64,000 nt of DNA from Amoebidium appalachense (Eukaryota; Protista; Ichthyosporea): NCBI GenBank assembly GCA_963693365.1, contig CAVNZM010000005.1, positions 10,501,728-10,565,727 on the forward strand. The letters run 5' to 3'. The translations under genes and the position numbers were made by a program. The notes under the pieces are model-generated. The model searched no databases, was not told the DNA's origin, and saw only the letters and a program-made list of their open reading frames with translations. Positions within the stretch are counted from its first letter, which is position 1. Each line of letters begins with the position of its first letter. This document shows positions 48,217 through 64,000 of this stretch, in pieces.

Positions 48217-48779
48217 CCGTATCCTACTCCCAGATTTGGCCAATTTTTTTTCTATCTCGCCAATATATTCCTATCTTTTTTTATTGTTTTTATAATGCCA
48301 CTTTTTTTTTTCATCTCGCCAATATGCCATGCTGAGCATATCAATAAAGTCATTATAAAAAAAAAACAATATGCCATCAACTATGCCCAACCGGGGGGGT
48401 TTACAGTGCACACACAATTCAAGCGGCCAGGGACTATGACTCAGGGCAGTGGCTCATCGAACATAACACGTACGCGGCCACCAGTCCACGCTGCCTACGG
48501 TAGTGGTGTGGTTACTAGATCCGGGTGGCTACCGGATGACCTGAGTTCAAATCTCGGCCGGGCAGATCTTTTCATTTCTTTTTTTTTCGCCCTTTCTTTC
48601 TTTTCTTTTTTTTCCCTACTGTTATAACGTCCGGCCCGCTGGCCCCATAAACATAGCTATAGTCCCTGGCAATAATACCTGGCAATAATAAAGTGTGGAA
48701 ACCCCCCCGATAGGGCACATGCGACGGCATTATTGGCGAGATCATAAAGAAAGTGGCCAAATTCGGGGGTAGGATATGA
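48217..48779. mobile_element. Non-autonomous TIR element (MITE), Tc1/pogo-like ends
   Basis: Left ta|ccgtatcctactcccagatttggccaa...atctcgccaata (48217-48266) is the imperfect inverse of tattggcgagat...tggccaaattcgggggtaggatatg (48731-48778). A further inverted match links tgcccaaccggggggg (~48384) and cccccccgatagggca (~48702). The right TSD is degenerate. Confidence 0.65.
48491..48565 (+). ncRNA. Degenerate tRNA-like sequence (pseudo-tRNA or tRNA-derived SINE head)
   Basis: A-box-like TAGTGGTGTGG, anticodon-arm-like TCCGG-GTGGCTA-CCGGA, T-arm CTGAG-TTCAAAT-CTCGG, bulged acceptor CTGCC..GG/CCGGGCAG, followed by T runs. D arm and anticodon loop are non-canonical. Confidence 0.55.
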
Positions 48780-49216
48780 GTCCCTCTTTATAAAGCTCTT
48801 CTTTTCTTCTTTTGCCATGTTCACACACACGCTTGCTTCTTTCACTCACAGAAAATCTTAGAAGAGCTCGCATCCTGTAGGGTGCCCCATTTAATACGGT
48901 GAATATATGATTTGTCCACTTGACGGAGCCCACATTTGCAACTATGCATTGCGCCAAGTTGTTCTGTTCTTGCTATTCGTCCGGTCATGGCCGGTCATGT
49001 CGAGGGTGCCCAACCGAGATCGATTCCAACCATGGGGCTAGTTTATTTTGGGGGGGGGATGTGCTGTTATTAACGACATGTAGGTGAGCTGTGATGAGTT
49101 GTCGGCACCAAGGCCAACAGTACTTCCACCCAACAAGATATACATGTAAAAAATCGGTGTTACAGATACATCATACAGATATGAAGTATCAAATAGACGT
49201 CAGATGTGGAAATATA

Positions 49217-49265
<49 letters not shown>

Positions 49266-49989
49266 ATGTGTGTGTGTGTTCCATACACTTTTGGAACAGT
49301 AGAAACTCGCCAGAAGCACTATGAAATTCGATAGGTCTTTCACTGTGGCATGAAGTATAAGCTCGGGTAAACCGAGTGTATATATGTCTGGAGAAATAAA
49401 GGTTGAGAGCATCTGGAGAAATAAAGGTTGAGAGCAAACCACATTTTTGAGGGCATGTTCGTTTAAATTGGTGTGGTGTGTTGTTTGGAGCAGGGCATAC
49501 ATATCTGTGCAAATCATTCAGGCGAGCCGATGGTATGTCACGCGTTAAACTCGACTGCCCCAGGCCGTCATTTCTATTAGTGGCGTGGCATTATACGTCA
49601 TACCTGATCAGTGGCCATAACAGCCATGTCCATGGTTTTTTACACCTAACGATCAAGGACACATTGACCTCGGATCTTGCTCGTTCATACAGTAACGATC
49701 GGCGCTTGTTAAGGTTAGGAATCTACTAGTGGTAGAGTGCAGTGCTTATGGAAAATATGCCTAGTATGCCTACGTTTGCAGACGCACCTACCACAGGCTA
49801 TAGGTGCCACAACAATAGATGCATGCACTTTCACGCCACACAAAGGAACCTCTACGACCCCACCACGATAGTGAAAGAACACTTTGTCTATCAGCTTTAT
49901 CCTGATGTTTATGACATCAAACAATAAAGATATTTATTCAAAACACAAACCTGCGCTCACCTCTTACCAGTCTCAGGCAAGCACACACA

Positions 49990-50086
<97 letters not shown>

Positions 50087-50104
50087 TGAAAGCTTGTGTG
50101 AACC

Positions 50105-59638
<9,534 letters not shown>

Positions 59639-60031
59639 GTTTAAATTTGTGTTAGGAGCCAGTAACTTAGACAATGCTTTAGATAAACTTGCATTGGATC
59701 TGATTCAAAAGAATACCACAACTTAGCACCGAAACTAACTGAACCTTGGGGTCTTGAGTCAACTGCGTCAACTTGACGGCGTGTGCTGCACTTGCCAATG
59801 CCAAGCCCTAGCGGCACTGCTCACATGAGTCATGCGTCGGCGTGGTTGGTTATTTTGATGGCGCCCAATTTTTATTGTGCCAATAGGAAACGATTTATCC
59901 ATATATGGTTTGTCTTTGCTCTTATCATTGCCGGGCCGCTTGCCCCCCACGCCCTAGTCTCCAAGGCGAGTGATCGAGTGGCGTTCGGTGGAACACCTAG
60001 GAGTATAGCACCATCCAGTAGTATTGTGAGG

Positions 60032-60063
<32 letters not shown>

Positions 60064-60080
60064 AGGGGAGGGGGGGGGGG

Positions 60081-60131
<51 letters not shown>

Positions 60132-60153
60132 ACCCCCTTTCCGCGCGCAACAC

Positions 60154-60222
<69 letters not shown>

Positions 60223-60624
60223 GGGAGGGGGAAACAGGACGTCAGATTAGATTCTGATCTTTCTAACCAGTAACCACACCTGCACACTGGATGTGCATGT
60301 ACTGAAGCATGATGCCGAAGTGTGCCACACAAAGATGTACACACACACGTAACCTTAATGATTCATTACATCTAAACAACATACACACTGCCTCTTCCAC
60401 CTTCGTGTTGTACAAGTAATCGCACGTTACATACAATGTTATAATGGAACCGTCATAGATATAATGGATAGCAAACACCGTCACGGTGCTACGTAGCTAT
60501 AATAGCCACTCGCAGGCACACATGATGCAGTATTCCTCCCTCTCTCCCTCCCCCCTCCCGACCCTCTCCCCCCTTGCCCCCCCCTCACTCTCCCCCCCCC
60601 CCCCCCCCCTTTCCCCAGCCCATC

Positions 60625-60680
<56 letters not shown>

Positions 60681-62001
60681 ACACCTTCTTCTCTTATCCC
60701 CAACGTGCATATCAAAAGCACCACGGCGATGACCGCAAAAACAAAATAAATCTCCCAAAAAAAAACCATGAATGGAAAAAAAAGAAAAAGAAATCACCTT
60801 CTCCGTGATTGTTACAATATATATACCTGTCTGTTCCTTCTCACTTTGCCAGTTCGTCTTGCCCTGCTTCCAGATGAGATCACCTATACCTCCCCTTCCA
60901 CCCCTCCCTGCTCCACACTGTGCATTGGCCCTCGGGCCTGTCTCCTGTTAAATAAACGGCGGCATTATGATTCCCCTCGCCCCCCCCCCCCCCCCCCCCC
61001 CTCCCCCCCTCCCCTCCCCTCTCTCCCCCCTACTTCTTCCAATATTAGCGCCTGGCCCAAGCGAAGATCTTTAACACGCAATTATATTTTGTTGCTCAAA
61101 CTTCAAAATCAGGGTACGGATATATTAAGCCAGAAGAATTGGGTGCGTTTGGGAAGTTGCATTTGATGCATAGTTGGTGGCGGGATGCGCTGGGGGAGAG
61201 GGAGGGGGGGGGGGGGGGGGTCCAATCGCTAAGAAATGCAAAAGAAATGTACTAGTGTAGTGTAATTGAAAACTATAGAGATGTAACCTTTCTGAACTGG
61301 TGAACTGGTGCATCACTGTGACCTCAAAAGTGAAACACGGAGTCTGTTGAACAAAACTGCTTGATACATGTGCCGTCCACTTTCGGCAAACTGTTCGGCA
61401 ATTTTATTTAAACGATTGGAATTCCATCAGCGCAATCTACGTCACAAGCACAACACAGGAATCCCCATGTGAGATACGATTAGTGTTTATGATAACATAC
61501 AAACGCTTGCAAAAATGCGCACACTCTTGGGTTGAAACCATTCGGCATGTAACTGCTTAAGAATGATAAATATGGACACGAAGTCATTGCACCCGAAAAC
61601 TTTCTGCCGCATAATTGCAGGAAGCAAACTATTGGTCACCATCATAACGAACAACATCGTAAATAGACGAAGTGAACGGTTACACAAAAACAGTGGCACC
61701 AGTGATATAGAGGAAACTTTGCCATTCGTAGTGACTTGTACGAGAATAAATATGTGCTACACCATGAGTATTAGCAAGAAAATTTGAGCAAAATACAACT
61801 CGCCCTTTCAGAGCTTGTTCACACCTATCTACCGATACACACATACACGTGCTTAGAATCATGCCATATAAAAATGCACTCGGCCCTAATGAGAAATATT
61901 TGAGTGCTCTGAAATCCCCCTTTTGACCAGCAACATGTTATGCTTGCAAAAACCACTAATTTGGTTACTAATATAGGTGCATAATGCTATAACATCATAC
62001 G

Positions 62002-63282
62002 TCACTTCATACCACTACCAACGAGATTCTGAAGCTCATTAAAAATCATATCCATATCTCCGGGGGTCAAATCATGGTCCAGACGTGTAAGCATGGACGT
62101 ATCCGACTGACTATTCAGGGCCGGCGTCAGGCAGAATTGAGGATCAACCATCTGGAATGACGGTGTGCTGTTAACGGGGAACAGACGGTGGGGCTGCTGT
62201 TGCCCCAACTGGCTACCCAGATTGATCCCCCTCTTCATCATGCCGTATCCGAGTAGTTGGCCGGCCATGTCGATATCGTTTGCTCCAAGCCCTTGTATCT
62301 GCATGGAAAACGGCGACGGTGTTTGCGAGCTCGCGCTGAGCGAAAGATGTGGGGAAAAGACAGAGTTCACCGACGAGGGGCTATATGAACCGACCGACGG
62401 GATGGTTGGAGTCGCAAGGGTGGCGTCAAAACCAAAACCGTTCTGCGGAAACATGCAATCGTTGTCCGGACCCACACCCCGAAGCCCGTGTGTCTCAGCT
62501 GGTGATGACATGCTAGCAAGAGTAGCTGCATCCAGAGACCCGGCCGGTCCGGTGAGTAGAAAGTCGTCCAGAGAAAGAGAAAACAAATTTCCGCTTTGGT
62601 TAAGAACCTCATATGTGTCCTCGTCGCACAGACTCATTAATGATTCTTCGTTGGTGAGGCAGCCCGGCGCGCTTGGTGACCCTTCCAACGGCGGTGGCCA
62701 AGAGCCATTGCTGTCTGGCTTCATGGCGATCGGTTTATGTTCGCTCTTAATCTTTGCGATGGGCCCCTTCAAACTTGGTGTCGTGGTGACGGATGCTTCT
62801 GTGTCCGAGTCGGTGCCCTTTCCGTTCTTCAGTATCCCCCGGATGCCCTCTCCGTTGTGCTTCAACCGAACGTGTGTAGCCAGGGAGGACCTCGTGGCAT
62901 ATTTTCTGCCGCACTTTTCGTTTGGGCAAGTGTAGTCTCGGGAAAGCTCCTTAAATGTTCTCCGGTGTCGTATCCGTGACCCCTGCTGGCTTGCCGGATT
63001 CATGAAAAAGGCCATTTGTTTGCCTACCATGCGGTTGCTTCCCTGCTCTATCATGTTTGTTTCGTGCACTAGGCATGACATGGAAAACTTGCCGTTAGGC
63101 CCATGCTGGTTAGAACTGTTTGTCTGCGATGATCCTGGTTGCTTATTCTGGAAAGCTAACGGAGTTTGTGAATCTACACTTGTTTTTGGTAGCACTGTTA
63201 ACTGTTGCCTTGCACCCCCCGGTGGGTGTGGGGCAGGAAGAAGGGGCGTATGAAACATGGATGGAGTGTGAAAGGTCATCAT
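62002..63282 (-). CDS. Single C2H2 zinc-finger transcription factor (Con7-like finger), intronless, 426 aa
   Basis: RHRRTFKELSRDYTCPNEKCGRKYATRSSLATHVRLKH matches the RRxxxE(I/L)xRxYxCxxxxCxKxY..L..H pattern of fungal Con7-type fingers. Remainder is S/P/Q/M-rich, ending in an acidic-hydrophobic motif (DMDMIFNELQNL). Confidence 0.85.
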   Translation of the reverse strand: MMTFHTPSMFHTPLLPAPHPPGGARQQLTVLPKTSVDSQTPLAFQNKQPGSSQTNSSNQHGPNGKFSMSCLVHETNMIEQGSNRMVGKQMAFFMNPASQQGSRIRHRRTFKELSRDYTCPNEKCGRKYATRSSLATHVRLKHNGEGIRGILKNGKGTDSDTEASVTTTPSLKGPIAKIKSEHKPIAMKPDSNGSWPPPLEGSPSAPGCLTNEESLMSLCDEDTYEVLNQSGNLFSLSLDDFLLTGPAGSLDAATLASMSSPAETHGLRGVGPDNDCMFPQNGFGFDATLATPTIPSVGSYSPSSVNSVFSPHLSLSASSQTPSPFSMQIQGLGANDIDMAGQLLGYGMMKRGINLGSQLGQQQPHRLFPVNSTPSFQMVDPQFCLTPALNSQSDTSMLTRLDHDLTPGDMDMIFNELQNLVGSGMK

Positions 63283-64000
63283 TTTCCTTATTCCTTATAG
63301 TAAGAGGTGCTATTTGCCAATTCACAAACTGTAACTGGTCTGTTTAGGATGTTCACTGTGTGCACCTGCTAATGTTTACGGCCAGCATATACTCTGCACT
63401 GCCTCTGTTTTGGTGCTGCTAACAACTGAGGGCTGCTTGCCCCACTGTGTGTGCAACGTGCCACAGCTACCGTGAAATGTTACCGTTGGTAATGGAGCAT
63501 ATGGGAATGCAAGGCGTAGGAGCGTCAAACGCTACGAAAGAGAGAGTGAATGACCTGTTTCCTTCCCCGGCCGTCACAATATGACCTGCAGCGGCATCGC
63601 TGAGTTGCTCTAATCATCGTAAATCCAGGGCACCAGATGAAGGCAAAGCCCGCGCTTTCCAATAAAGATGATTGGCAACGCAAATCCCATGATATATGAC
63701 GAATCTTTGCGCGGTATCTTGTATCCCTTTCAAGCCTTGGGCAGATAGTGCTGTGACTATAAACCAATCAGATTCGGTTACCGGATAATTTGACTCAGTG
63801 ATCTGCCGGCGCCCGGTTGATTCTGCTCGATCGGAGTATCAACATCAAAAAACACGCTTTAACTGTGGGCTTTTATTACAGCAATACTTGCATAAGAATA
63901 TCTTATTATATCAAAACCCAACAAATACATTATAAATAATGCTGTTGCTTGTACGTCTTGGAAATCGGCCGCTCGTGCACACGTTCATGAATCAGCCCCT

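Noticed and set aside
48491-48565. Functional tRNA-Ala(GGC)
   Set aside because: The bulged acceptor stem, short D loop and non-canonical anticodon loop argue against function; kept only as tRNA-like.
59783-60030. Plus-strand gene divergent from the flavin reductase
   Set aside because: A hydrophobic ORF with a possible GTGAGG donor, but no recognisable domain or downstream exons could be supported.

Overview
This is intron-rich eukaryotic genomic DNA, not prokaryotic. Introns are packed with poly-C/poly-G tracts and (CA/GT)n repeats, so most ORFs in the track are artefacts. The gene mix suggests a unicellular opisthokont, possibly an ichthyosporean (inference only). Genes reconstructed by eye from GT-AG sites and phase compatibility are: (1) the first exon of a Q-rich gene running off the left edge; (2) a >2000-aa minus-strand protein with an N-terminal KIX-like domain; (3) a type-I membrane protein (DUF642/galactose-binding-like domain, 2 EGF, TM, NPxY tail); (4) a head-to-head RPL37A/RPL39 pair; (5) an hnRNP Q/R (SYNCRIP)-like gene; (6) a probably mitochondrial flavin reductase fused to an uncharacterised domain; (7) an intronless Con7-type C2H2 transcription factor. 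Non-coding elements include a pogo-like MITE containing a tRNA-like segment and several tandem duplications. The best novelty candidate is a ~155-nt intronic, sense-strand repeat (4 copies in two genes) whose predicted multibranch fold is supported by compensatory substitutions. Three apparent single-base frameshifts at short homopolymers are most likely assembly errors.
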